49,598 bases of DNA from a candidate division WWE3 bacterium. Lineage in GTDB: Bacteria; Patescibacteriota; WWE3; JAUXAW01. Below, in pieces: positions 1 to 9,413 of this stretch. Under the pieces are notes generated by a model. That model made no database searches and was not told the origin of the DNA. It was given only the letters and a program-made list of their open reading frames with translations. The stretch is from assembly GCA_030619715.1 (NCBI GenBank), contig JAUXAW010000004.1, positions 1-49,598 on the forward strand, written 5' to 3'. The translations under genes were made by a program, and so were the position numbers. Numbering within the stretch: the first letter of the stretch is position 1; each line of letters opens with the position of its first letter.

Positions 1-3000
1 AAAGTGATGGTTCCGTTAGCCGTATTTAGTCCGATGGTTCCGGTACTAGCGGCCGAGAGATCAATAGTTGTTGCCGAATCAATCGTCACATTCCCGGCAT
101 TAGACGAACCAATGGCAATGACATCGGCTCCCGTCGCTCCAATCCCAATATTGATCGTATCCACTCCGGTACCGGTGCCGAGGTTAATTGTTTTGTCTAT
201 ATTGCTGGTGAAGAGATTACCGGTTAGGGAAGTTCCTCCTCCGGCCGGTAGGTCAAGAGTGACTGCCTCTTCGTTATTAGTGGTCGTGATCAGGAGATAG
301 TTATTGCCCCCTTCAGAGATAGTTAGAGCACTGGCGGTCGCGTCATCAATATCAATATCGGTCGCATTATCCAGGTTAATATTTCCTCCCTGCAGGTAAA
401 GGTCGGCAAACTGGTTCGAAGAACCACCCAAGTCCAACCCACCCCCGGTTGAGGCGGCTAGCTTATTCCCGTCTAGGATTAGCTCTGCCGCGGTACCGAC
501 GGTGAAGGTGATCGTATCTGCCGTCGCCTCTCCTAGATCAATTTCTTCACCGGCCACTCCGAGAATATCTCCACCACTAACGGTCAGATCGGTCGAAAAC
601 CGACCATTACCAATTACTTCCATCGTGTAGGCCGGATTGGTGGTGCCGACTCCGATACTCGTTTCGACAATTAATCCGCCGTCGGGAGCGGTGGCGGTAC
701 TATGATAAACCGATCCCGGGGCGGTGGTTCCAATCCCCACCCCGCCGGCAACGGAGAGTTTCGAGGTCGGTCCGGTGGTCCCGATCCCCACATTTCCGGT
801 ATTCCAGAAAGAAAAGTTTTGGGAATTAAGATCAACCTTGGTGCTGGCATCCAAGGTCATCGCGTCAACAAACTCACTAAAGTCAAGAGAGTCATCGGTA
901 ATATCGGCGGCGGCGATGGCCGAGTAGCTGGGAGTGGTCCCTCCGTGAAGAACCTGAGTAGCGGTGCCAATCCCTAGTCTGGTCAAGACCCCGCCGGTGA
1001 GGTAGTAGATATCGCCGGTCGCGTCAGAGCCCAAGGTCATCGTCACCCCTCCCAAGACATTACTGGAATCGGTCAGCGTTTTATTGGTCAAACTATCGGT
1101 GGTCGCTCGGCCGACATAGGTATCCGTCCCTTGGAAGGTAAGGGTCGTGGCGTCGCTCCCGGCCAGAGTTAAAGAGTGGCTGACGATTAAAGTCTTGCCG
1201 TCGGCGATGGTCAGAGTTGAACCCGAAGCCGGAGCGGTGAGGGCTACTTTATTTATCGAAGTCGCGGTCGCCACCCCCAAAGAGGGAGTAGTCAGCGAAG
1301 GCGAGGTGGCAAAGACTAAAGCGCCCGATCCTTCTTCATCCGAAACCGCATCGGACAAGGCGGCCGAAGTGCCGGTCGAAACCAGATTCTTGGAGGCGTC
1401 GCTAAAGACGGCTCGGGTAGCGGTTAAACCGTCTATTCTCACATTGCCGCCGCCGCCAATCTCCAACGCCACCGCCGGTGAAGTGGTCCCGATGCCGACG
1501 TTGCCGGTGCCATAAAAGCCAAAGTCAAAGCTGTTAAGATCAACCTTGGTTAAAGCATCCAAGGTCATCGCATCAACAAACTCACTAAAGTCAAGAGAGT
1601 CATCGGTGACCGAAGCAGCACCAATCGTTCCCCAAGAAGGATCATTGCCGGTTGAGCCGATTAATATCTGACCATCGGTCCCCACTGCTAGAGGAGTAAT
1701 CGCTCCGGTATCACTACCAACCAGTACTCCGTGATCGGTGAGAGTGGTTGCTCCCGTACCTCCCCGAGCGACGGTTAAGGTTCCGGTTGTCCCGACCACT
1801 ATCGGTAAGCTGGTTGCATCAGAGAGATCAAAGGCGGGAGTGGCATCACTGCCTCCCAAACTGACACTAATCCCACCATAGGAGACGGATGAATTAGCCA
1901 GCTCTGTGTTGTCTATCTCACCGGCGGGTAGAGAGACAGTCCCGGCACTAACAGTTAGTCCATTAGACGCCGTTATTGTTCCCACCACATCCAGAGCCGT
2001 AGAAGGACCTGTTGTTCCTATTCCGAGGTTGCCGGAGCTGTCAATCCTCACCCGTTCCGTGCCGGCAGTAAAAAAGCGTAACTCATCGTTGTCCGCACCA
2101 GGGCTGGTTTCGGCATTGATATATGTATCCTGATCAACATCGATCACTCCCCCCAACGAACCCCAGTTGCTGCTGCCATAACCTTCAAATTGAGAAGTGT
2201 TTGTGTTGTAGCGGATGATTCCCGACACCAGCGAGCCGGGACGCTGCGCGGTGGTGCCCACAGGAATGACTAACCCATCGGTGGCGCTGATGTGTAGTGT
2301 GGTAGAGGGATTAGTGGTCCCGATCCCGACGCTGCCGCCGCCGTCGATGGTTAGGTAGTTGGTTGTGTCGTTGACGTTGTAGATGTAGAAACTGTCATCG
2401 TCAACATTAATATTCCAGCCGTCGTCACCGGCGGTCGTGTCTTCAAATGTCAGAGTCGGGTTAGCATTGCTAATGGTTAGATTGCCAGAGGATGCTAGAC
2501 CGGAAAGGTAAGCGGTGCCGTCAACCTCCAAATCCTCTTGGATATAAAGATCCAGATCGGAATCCATCGCGCCCGAGGCAGACGCGACCGCGTCTGCTAT
2601 CAGATTGTAGGTTTGAGTGCCAGCCGAACCAATTGCTAGGGTAGAAGAGACAACAGCGTTTCCGGAAACGGTGAGTTTTTGATTGACATCCATATTTCCT
2701 TCTACGTCTACATCTCCCTTGAACTCCGACGGCCCGAAAATGTTTCTGCCAAGCGCCTGTAACGAGTCGAACACGCCCGAGGCGGTTTCCAGAACTAGAT
2801 TGGCGGCTTCGTCAAGAAAGGGAATATTGCCCGGCCCGGTGCCGGTATCGTGGCCGTCGAGGAGATCGGCGTTGAGGTCCTTAACTTTGGTATCGGAGTC
2901 AACCTCGAGGGGGGCTTGGCCTTTTTTGACGGTTGAACGCAAAACGGGAACGGAAATCTTGTGGGAGAGAACAACCAGATTGCCATCTTTGTCGTAGGAC

Positions 3001-3584
3001 AAAATGTCGTTGACATCAATAATTTCGGGGATTTTGCCGTTGATTTGGTCGGCCAACTGAGGGAGGACAATGGCGACGAGGTTGGTGATGGCGTTTTCTT
3101 TAAAGTCTCGGACGGCGCGAGCGAGGCGGGTACGATGGAGGGGAGAGAGGCCGGCAAGAGCGGTTGTTCCTAGTAAAACAAGTGCAAGAACAAAAGCGCC
3201 CACCCAAGCGAAGGAGATCCGGGTGGAGATTTGCGGAGCTCTTGCCTCGAGCTTGTCGAGAGGCGTCTTTTCCAGTAACACCTCAATCCTCTCCTTCTCC
3301 AACTTCTCCTCAATCTCAATATTAGAAAGATTTCGTTTCTTGAGGTCTTCGATTTTTTCCAGTGTATCTAGCGCCGATTCGGGGTAATGACCGACGGTGG
3401 CCTCGTTCCACTCAACCGCTCTGCGGGTCATGTGGGGGAGGAGACCGATCTTGGTGTAGTAGCGCAGACGGTTGTAGGGGTCGCCGAAGCCAAAGTTAAC
3501 TCCACGCTCCTTGGCCCGACGGATAAATTCGGAGACGGGGATGAACTTTTCAGATTTTGTTGTTGTAGCAGGTTGGACAGGCAT
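1..3584 (-). CDS. Giant membrane-anchored surface protein (partial, >1190 aa): MerR-like HTH, one TM helix, then G(I/V)GTTxP tail-fibre/adhesin-like repeats
   Basis: Absent from the ORF track because it runs off the window. ATG at 3584 gives MPVQPATTTK...YNRLRYYTKIGLLPH...ISFAWVGAFVLALVLLGTTALAGL...SVGIGTTNP...NLGIGTTGP. Same frame reads sensibly at the window edge (GTIGLNTANGTIT). Confidence 0.88.
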   Translation of the reverse strand, partial: MPVQPATTTKSEKFIPVSEFIRRAKERGVNFGFGDPYNRLRYYTKIGLLPHMTRRAVEWNEATVGHYPESALDTLEKIEDLKKRNLSNIEIEEKLEKERIEVLLEKTPLDKLEARAPQISTRISFAWVGAFVLALVLLGTTALAGLSPLHRTRLARAVRDFKENAITNLVAIVLPQLADQINGKIPEIIDVNDILSYDKDGNLVVLSHKISVPVLRSTVKKGQAPLEVDSDTKVKDLNADLLDGHDTGTGPGNIPFLDEAANLVLETASGVFDSLQALGRNIFGPSEFKGDVDVEGNMDVNQKLTVSGNAVVSSTLAIGSAGTQTYNLIADAVASASGAMDSDLDLYIQEDLEVDGTAYLSGLASSGNLTISNANPTLTFEDTTAGDDGWNINVDDDSFYIYNVNDTTNYLTIDGGGSVGIGTTNPSTTLHISATDGLVIPVGTTAQRPGSLVSGIIRYNTNTSQFEGYGSSNWGSLGGVIDVDQDTYINAETSPGADNDELRFFTAGTERVRIDSSGNLGIGTTGPSTALDVVGTITASNGLTVSAGTVSLPAGEIDNTELANSSVSYGGISVSLGGSDATPAFDLSDATSLPIVVGTTGTLTVARGGTGATTLTDHGVLVGSDTGAITPLAVGTDGQILIGSTGNDPSWGTIGAASVTDDSLDFSEFVDAMTLDALTKVDLNSFDFGFYGTGNVGIGTTSPAVALEIGGGGNVRIDGLTATRAVFSDASKNLVSTGTSAALSDAVSDEEGSGALVFATSPSLTTPSLGVATATSINKVALTAPASGSTLTIADGKTLIVSHSLTLAGSDATTLTFQGTDTYVGRATTDSLTNKTLTDSSNVLGGVTMTLGSDATGDIYYLTGGVLTRLGIGTATQVLHGGTTPSYSAIAAADITDDSLDFSEFVDAMTLDASTKVDLNSQNFSFWNTGNVGIGTTGPTSKLSVAGGVGIGTTAPGSVYHSTATAPDGGLIVETSIGVGTTNPAYTMEVIGNGRFSTDLTVSGGDILGVAGEEIDLGEATADTITFTVGTAAELILDGNKLAASTGGGLDLGGSSNQFADLYLQGGNINLDNATDIDIDDATASALTISEGGNNYLLITTTNNEEAVTLDLPAGGGTSLTGNLFTSNIDKTINLGTGTGVDTINIGIGATGADVIAIGSSNAGNVTIDSATTIDLSAASTGTIGLNTANGTIT
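826..899. repeat. 74-bp intragenic direct repeat, copy 1
   Basis: Near-identical to 1534-1607; encodes TDDSLDFSEFVDAMTLDAxTKVDLN on the minus strand. Confidence 0.9.
1534..1607. repeat. 74-bp intragenic direct repeat, copy 2
   Basis: Near-identical to 826-899. Confidence 0.9.
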
Positions 3585-3602
3585 TTTTCCCGTGACGGGA
3601 TC

Positions 3603-3631
3603 AGTTTACCACCACCTTTTATAGTTGTCAA
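3603..3631 (-). promoter_or_regulatory. Sigma70 promoter of the giant protein gene
   Basis: TTGACA-17 bp-TAAACT with TG extension, 18 nt upstream of the ATG. Confidence 0.75.
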
Positions 3632-3747
3632 GGGGGAATTTAGGCACTAAGCACTAGTGATTAGGCATTAGTTTTTTTGCCTGTTCTATTGCCTTTTGCC
3701 TAATGCCTATTGCCTTGTTTCCTCCTCTCGTGCTACAATCTCCCCAA

Positions 3748-6225
3748 ATGGAAAAAGTTGAAAAATACCAGCCTTCGAAAGTTGAAAAAAAGTGGCAAAA
3801 ATTTTGGGAAGAAAAGAAGCTTTACAAAACTCCGGACAAATCAAAAAAGCAAAAGCTTTTCGTTTTGGATATGTTCCCGTACCCTTCCGGCGCCGGTTTG
3901 CATATAGGGCATGTGCGCATCTACACCGCCTCCGATATTGTGGCTCGCTATTTTCGGATGAAGGGTTACAATGTCTTGCACCCAATGGGTTGGGACGCTT
4001 TCGGACTCCCGGCGGAGAACGCTGCTATCAAAAATAAAGTCCACCCCAGCAAATTAGTTCCCAAAAATATCACCGGCTGCAAGCAGCAGATGCAGTCCCT
4101 TGGTTTCTCCTATGATTGGGAGCGCGAGTTTTCCACCGCCGACCCCTCCTACTACAAATGGACCCAATGGCTATTTCTTAAGTTTTACAAACAGGGACTT
4201 TTGTACCAAAAGAAAGTTCCCATTAACTGGTGCGAGCACTGCAAAACCGGATTGGCCAACGAAGAGGTTCTGCCCGGGGGAATTCACGAGCGCTGCGGGA
4301 AGCCCGTCGTTAAACGGGAGATGAAACAGTGGCTTTTTCGGATTACCGACTATGCCGACCGACTTTTGTGGGATCTTGACGGTCTGGACTGGCCGCAGTC
4401 GATTATTGAGATGCAGCGGAATTGGATCGGCCGCTCCGAAGGGACGGAAATAAAATTCAAAATTCAAAATTCAAAATTCAAAGTTGACGAAATTACAGTT
4501 TTCACCACCAGACCGGACACGATTTTCGGGGTTACGGCTCTGGTTCTGGCCCCCGAACACCCAGTCGTCGCTTCGCTCCTAAGTTCAAAGTTAAAAGTTC
4601 AAAATTCAAAGTTGAGCGAGGTTCGTAGGTACGTTGAGCAATCAAAACGCAAATCGGAATTGGAGCGCACCGAACTTAAAGAAAAAACCGGTGTTGATAC
4701 CGGTCTTTTTGCGATCAACCCCGTCAACAACGAAAAAATTCCTATCTGGGTTGCCGACTACGTCATTGGTTGGTACGGTGGGGGGGCGGTGATGCTCGTT
4801 CCCGCCCATGACCGGCGCGACTACGCGTTTGCCAAAAAGTACAACTTGCCGGTAAGGTCGGTAATTTCGCCAAACAAAGAGGAGGAACGTCTGCCCGATC
4901 GTCAGGAGCAGGCTTTCGAGGGGGAGGGGACACTAATTGACTCGGAAGAATTTAGCGGAATGTACTCGGCCGATGCTCGTCAGCGCATCACCGAATGGTT
5001 GGAGAAGAAGGGTTTTGGGCGGAGAGCTGTTTCTTACAAACTGCGCGATTGGATTTTTTCCCGCCAGCGTTATTGGGGTGAGCCGATTCCTCTGATTCAC
5101 TGCCAAAAATGCGGTGTGGTTCCGGTTCCCGAGGAGGAGCTACCGGTAGAGTTACCTTACGTCGAAAAGTACGAGCCGACGGGGACGGGGGAGAGTCCTT
5201 TAGCCGCGATTAAGGAGTGGGTAGAAGTACCTTGCCCCGAGTGTGGCAAGGGGGCGCGAAGGGAAACGGACACGATGCCCAACTGGGCCGGCTCTTGCTG
5301 GTACTTCTTGAGATTTGCCGATCCGAAAAACGACCGTGAGCCCTTCAGCAGGAAGATGCTTAAGAGATTTTTGCCGGTTGATTGGTATTTGGGTGGGGCC
5401 GAGCACGCCGTTTTGCATCTTTTATACAGCCGTTTTTGGATTAAGGCACTTTGTGATCTGGGTTTGGTCAAGTTTAAGGAACCTTTCTTGAGGTTGCGGG
5501 GGGTCGGGATGGTTCAAGGCGAAGGCGGCCGCAAGATGAGCAAAAGTTTTGGTAATATCGTTAACCCCGATGAGGTAATTGAGGCCTTTGGGGCCGATAC
5601 ACTGCGGGTTTACGAGATGTTCATGGGGCCTTTTGGTCAAGCCATCAACTGGAATACTTCAGGCGTCGAAGGCGCCCACCGCTTCCTAAAGAAGGTTTGG
5701 TCTCTTTCCTCTGGTCCCTCTTACCCTTCTGGTACCTCTGGTTCCCCTGATTCCTCTCCTCTCCGCCGTCAGCTCCATCGCCTGATCAAGAAAGTAGGGG
5801 AGGACATCGAAAACATCAAATTCAACACCGCCATCGCCGCGATGATGGAATTTCTGAACTTCGTCCAGGCGGATGAGGGTGGGATGTCAGCGGAGGAGTG
5901 GGGGATTTTCCTGCGGCTTCTGGCCCCCTTCGCCCCGCATATAGCAGAGGAGCTGTGGCCGCAGCACCCTAACTCCATCCATCTCCAGCCCTGGCCCGAG
6001 TATGACCCCCGCCTTCTGGAAGAGGAGGAAGTTACAATCATCGTCCAGGTCGACGGTAAGGTCCGCGACCGTATCAAGGTCAAAAGAGATACCGCACGTG
6101 CAGACCTTTACAATTTAGCGGTTCGACGGCCGAATATTAAACGTTTCCTCTCCGGTAGGCGGGTGAAGGAAATGTATCTCGTTCCCAACCGTTTAATTAA
6201 CTTCGCCACCGAATCTAAAACTTAA
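3748..6225 (+). CDS. leuS: Leucine--tRNA ligase
   Basis: MFPYPSGAGLHIGH, FTTRPDT editing motif, KMSKS. Start moved to ATG 3748, just after a TGcTACAAT box. Confidence 0.97.
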   Translation: MEKVEKYQPSKVEKKWQKFWEEKKLYKTPDKSKKQKLFVLDMFPYPSGAGLHIGHVRIYTASDIVARYFRMKGYNVLHPMGWDAFGLPAENAAIKNKVHPSKLVPKNITGCKQQMQSLGFSYDWEREFSTADPSYYKWTQWLFLKFYKQGLLYQKKVPINWCEHCKTGLANEEVLPGGIHERCGKPVVKREMKQWLFRITDYADRLLWDLDGLDWPQSIIEMQRNWIGRSEGTEIKFKIQNSKFKVDEITVFTTRPDTIFGVTALVLAPEHPVVASLLSSKLKVQNSKLSEVRRYVEQSKRKSELERTELKEKTGVDTGLFAINPVNNEKIPIWVADYVIGWYGGGAVMLVPAHDRRDYAFAKKYNLPVRSVISPNKEEERLPDRQEQAFEGEGTLIDSEEFSGMYSADARQRITEWLEKKGFGRRAVSYKLRDWIFSRQRYWGEPIPLIHCQKCGVVPVPEEELPVELPYVEKYEPTGTGESPLAAIKEWVEVPCPECGKGARRETDTMPNWAGSCWYFLRFADPKNDREPFSRKMLKRFLPVDWYLGGAEHAVLHLLYSRFWIKALCDLGLVKFKEPFLRLRGVGMVQGEGGRKMSKSFGNIVNPDEVIEAFGADTLRVYEMFMGPFGQAINWNTSGVEGAHRFLKKVWSLSSGPSYPSGTSGSPDSSPLRRQLHRLIKKVGEDIENIKFNTAIAAMMEFLNFVQADEGGMSAEEWGIFLRLLAPFAPHIAEELWPQHPNSIHLQPWPEYDPRLLEEEEVTIIVQVDGKVRDRIKVKRDTARADLYNLAVRRPNIKRFLSGRRVKEMYLVPNRLINFATESKT

Positions 6226-6337
6226 ACCCACTAAAGGTCCTTGGCAATGAGTACGGCTAACTGCCAACCCAACTTTTCTGTGTAGACTAATCCCGTACAA
6301 CATTACTGTTGTAGCCTTGCGGGTTCTCGTTTACCCT

Positions 6338-6347
6338 CACGATCGTG
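6338..6347. repeat. CACGATCGTG palindrome, copy 1
   Basis: Exact core 15 bp upstream of the -35 of the PaaX-like gene. Confidence 0.85.
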
Positions 6348-6362
6348 GGTTTAATACAAACC

Positions 6363-6391
6363 TTGACAAACATGTCTCTGTGTTGTATGAT
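6363..6391 (+). promoter_or_regulatory. Sigma70 promoter of the PaaX-like gene
   Basis: TTGACA (6363-6368), 17 bp, TATGAT (6386-6391). Confidence 0.85.
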
Positions 6392-6409
6392 CTCCCTTGA
6401 AAGTTAGTC

Positions 6410-6421
6410 TCACGATCGTGA
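6410..6421. repeat. CACGATCGTG palindrome, copy 2
   Basis: TCACGATCGTGA between the predicted TSS and ATG 6426. Confidence 0.9.
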
Positions 6422-6425
6422 AATT

Positions 6426-7235
6426 ATGTCTGATCAAACTAAACCACAAAAGAAAAAACGGGGGAAGAAGAAGGGGCGGGCGTATCTTGGGAGAAAGATT
6501 CTTCGCGTCCTTTCCGCCGCCGCGGAGGCCCTTGACACCTTTGGGGACTTTACCTACAATCCCTATCCCTACCTCTACGCCTCGTTGGGGATGTCATACC
6601 GTAAGGAGCACATTGATGAGGCCGTTCGTGATTTGACCAAAAAAGGTTTGGTGGAGGGCAACAAAAGTGAGGGTCTGCGCCTCACCTCCGCAGGTGCGGA
6701 TGTTAAGAAAAGCCTTTACCAAGCCCGTCAGAAGGAATGGGACGGTAAATGGCGGGTGGTCTTTTTTGACATCCCCGAGGTCCAGAGGGATATCCGCGAC
6801 GGTCTGCGCTTTGAGCTGAAAAAACTGGGATTTGGCCTGTGGCAGCGGTCGGCTTGGGTAACCCCTTTTGACATCGCCGTGGAGCTTAATGCTTATTTGC
6901 AAAAACAAGATCTCTCCGAAGTGGTGCAGATTGTGGTGGGGGAGAGGCTTGGCGAATTAAACGATCGGGAGTTTGCCGCACAAATTTGGCCGCTAAACGA
7001 CCTTAACGAGAGATACGCCCGACTCCTGACTGGTTGGGCGGAGGAGCTCAAAAAGGAAAGTACCGCCGAGGAGAGGCTTCGAGCAGTGCTTGCTTTCCAC
7101 GACCGCTACCTTGATATCTTAGCCTCTGATCCGCAATTGCCGCCTAAACTTCTTCCCGGTCACTGGGTTGGTGACGATGCTCGAGAGCTATTCAAAAAAT
7201 TAAAGTCTATTCTGACTGTAGGTAAGCCATTCTGA
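6426..7235 (+). CDS. PaaX-family protein (wHTH + central Cas2-like domain + PaaX C-terminal domain)
   Basis: WDGKWRVVFFDIPE...RDGLRFELKKLGFGLWQRSAWVTP and C-terminal DPQLPPKLLPGHWVG...ARELF. Confidence 0.88.
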   Translation: MSDQTKPQKKKRGKKKGRAYLGRKILRVLSAAAEALDTFGDFTYNPYPYLYASLGMSYRKEHIDEAVRDLTKKGLVEGNKSEGLRLTSAGADVKKSLYQARQKEWDGKWRVVFFDIPEVQRDIRDGLRFELKKLGFGLWQRSAWVTPFDIAVELNAYLQKQDLSEVVQIVVGERLGELNDREFAAQIWPLNDLNERYARLLTGWAEELKKESTAEERLRAVLAFHDRYLDILASDPQLPPKLLPGHWVGDDARELFKKLKSILTVGKPF

Positions 7236-7243
7236 TGGTGGAT

Positions 7244-7267
7244 TTTAATTCACGATCGTGAATTAAA
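7244..7267. repeat. 24-bp perfect palindrome TTTAATTCACGATCGTGAATTAAA, copy 3
   Basis: Between the PaaX-like stop codon and the comEA start. Confidence 0.95.
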
Positions 7268-7278
7268 GTTTCACAATT

Positions 7279-7956
7279 ATGGAGTCTCTGCCCAAAGCCC
7301 TTCTCAATAAATACCGGTTGCCGCTTGGTGTTTTTCTGATTTTGGCCATCGTGGCCGGTGGGGGAATGCTGGCTCTCACGGGGAGCAGGAGGGGTGGTTC
7401 GGAGATCGAGAAAGTTGAGGTTGAGGCGACTGCCAGCGGTGCTCTGTCTCCGGTGACAAAGATCAAGGTTGATGTTGCTGGCGCGGTCAAAAACCCCGGC
7501 GTTTATGAACTCCTTGAAGATGGTCGTGTTGAGGATGCTCTAAACGCCGCCGGGGGATTTTCGGAGCAGGTAGATAAAGATTGGGTCGCCAAAAACTTGA
7601 ATTTAGCCGCTAAACTCTCCGACGGAGATAAACTCTACATCCCTAAAGTGGGAGAGACCTCCACTTCCTCTTCGGCTACAAACGAGCCCGCTCCCGCATC
7701 AGTTCCACCTTCTGCTGGTGTGGTTTCGGGGACTGAAATCTTGGGTCCCTCGAATTGCTCTCGTGTCAACATCAATACGGCCTCCGCAGGTACGTTGGCT
7801 GATTGTCTATCGGGAATTGGGGAAAGCAAGGCTCAGAGTATCATTAAGTACCGTGAGGATCACGGTGGTTTTAAAAGTATTGGGGAGATTCAAGAGGTTA
7901 GCGGTATTGGCCCCAAGACTTTTGAGAAGATTAAGAGCCAAATCACTGTGGATTGA
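7279..7956 (+). CDS. comEA: Competence DNA receptor ComEA
   Basis: TM helix, SLBB (VDVAGAVKNPGVY), HhH (VNINTA...GIGPKTFEKIK). Confidence 0.93.
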   Translation: MESLPKALLNKYRLPLGVFLILAIVAGGGMLALTGSRRGGSEIEKVEVEATASGALSPVTKIKVDVAGAVKNPGVYELLEDGRVEDALNAAGGFSEQVDKDWVAKNLNLAAKLSDGDKLYIPKVGETSTSSSATNEPAPASVPPSAGVVSGTEILGPSNCSRVNINTASAGTLADCLSGIGESKAQSIIKYREDHGGFKSIGEIQEVSGIGPKTFEKIKSQITVD

Positions 7957-9413
7957 GGAAGCGTATGCTTTACCTACTAACCACCTCCTTCATCATCGGT
8001 ATCTTCCTCGGTAGCCTGCTTCCGGTAACATTTCCCACAACGGCTCTACTTTTTGTCTTGATTGGTTTACTTACGATCGTAGTTTTGTTTCGCCGCGAAC
8101 CCCTTGTGTTTAGACTCAGCACGTGCGTTTTACTACTCGTTGCCGGAATCTGGCGTTATCAATCGGTGCAGCCCACATCGGATTCTACCTGGATTCAGTC
8201 GCTGAACGATGGGCCGGAAATCACTCTCCTCGGCCAAATTGTTGGCGATCCTGAGCGGTTGGGGGCCAAACAGAGACTAGAAACTGGAGGCTTGAGGCTG
8301 GAGGATGGAGCCGTGTTGAAAGGCAAAATCCTCGTCAATGCCCGCCGTTACCCTGAGTATCGCTATGGTAATGAAATCGAGATTGTGGGCCGCCCCGAGA
8401 CCCCACCGGAGCTTGAGGATTTCTCCTACCGTAACTATTTGGCCACAAAAGGTATTTATTCACTGATAGACTATCCGGAAATCACGCTGTTATCATCGGG
8501 AAATGGTAATCGTACCCACGCCGCACTACTAAATTTCAGGAAACTGCTTGAGGAAAAAATCGGCCAAATCTTACCCGAGCCGGAATCATCGCTCTTGGCC
8601 GGGGTCATTTTAGGAGTCAAGCGCAGTTTGCCGAAGGATTTTTACGATGCTTTGCAAAAAAGTGGCACCCTCCACGTGGTTGTCGTTTCAGGCACGAACA
8701 TAACCTATGCGATTAGTGCTCTTCTGGCCATTAGCGGACTTTTGGCGCGGCCGGCAAGGCTAACCTTCGCTACTCTAGGAATTTTGGCCTACGCTCTGAT
8801 GGTCGGTGGGGGAAGCGCTGTTTGGCGCTCAACGCTGATGGGTCTGACCGTTTTGCTCGCCGCCGTCCTCGGTCGCCGTCGGTTGGCCCAGGAGGCGCTT
8901 TTTCTTTCCGCCGCGGTACTCTTATTAGCTAATCCGATGGGGCTTTGGCAGATCGGCTTCCAACTCTCGTTCGCCGCCACCGCCGGTATTATCTTTTTAC
9001 AGGACCTTATTAGGTCACAACTACAAGTCCTGCCGAAACTGGTTAGGCGAGGCCTTGTAACAACATTGGCGGCCCAGATTGGCGTTCTACCAGTAATAAC
9101 TCACAACTTCCAAACCCTTTCCATCGTTTCGCCCCTTTCCAATCTTTTGATTTTTCTTTTGGTTCCGCTGATAACCGTTGGTGGAGCCCTCGTTGGTTTA
9201 ATGGCATTAGTTTGGCTTCCTCTGGGAAGGCTCGTGGCACCTCTGATTTATGTTCCGGCCAAACTTTTCGTTACGATCGTGGAATTATCCGCCAAAGCTC
9301 CGTTTGCGCAGATTGAAATACCGCAACTGCCTGTTTTTGTGTGGTTGGCCTACTATTTGGTTTTGGTATATATTGTGATCCGATGCCCGAAAAAAATTCA
9401 AAACGAGAATTAA
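7953..9413 (+). CDS. comEC: ComEC membrane/competence domain (split ComEC, part 1)
   Basis: GTLHVVVVSGTNI, GFQLSFAATAG, many TM helices, follows comEA. Confidence 0.92.
   Translation: MRKRMLYLLTTSFIIGIFLGSLLPVTFPTTALLFVLIGLLTIVVLFRREPLVFRLSTCVLLLVAGIWRYQSVQPTSDSTWIQSLNDGPEITLLGQIVGDPERLGAKQRLETGGLRLEDGAVLKGKILVNARRYPEYRYGNEIEIVGRPETPPELEDFSYRNYLATKGIYSLIDYPEITLLSSGNGNRTHAALLNFRKLLEEKIGQILPEPESSLLAGVILGVKRSLPKDFYDALQKSGTLHVVVVSGTNITYAISALLAISGLLARPARLTFATLGILAYALMVGGGSAVWRSTLMGLTVLLAAVLGRRRLAQEALFLSAAVLLLANPMGLWQIGFQLSFAATAGIIFLQDLIRSQLQVLPKLVRRGLVTTLAAQIGVLPVITHNFQTLSIVSPLSNLLIFLLVPLITVGGALVGLMALVWLPLGRLVAPLIYVPAKLFVTIVELSAKAPFAQIEIPQLPVFVWLAYYLVLVYIVIRCPKKIQNEN

Noticed and set aside
4-3650. 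Plus-strand ORFs in the first 3.6 kb
   Set aside because: Antisense shadows of the long minus-strand gene.
6426-7267. CRISPR-Cas system from the Cas2-like motif and palindromes
   Set aside because: No regularly spaced repeat-spacer array and no cas1; the protein has full PaaX architecture.
9341-9413. comEC as a frameshifted pseudogene
   Set aside because: Both halves are intact and the second has its own TM anchor; split ComEC is common in CPR.
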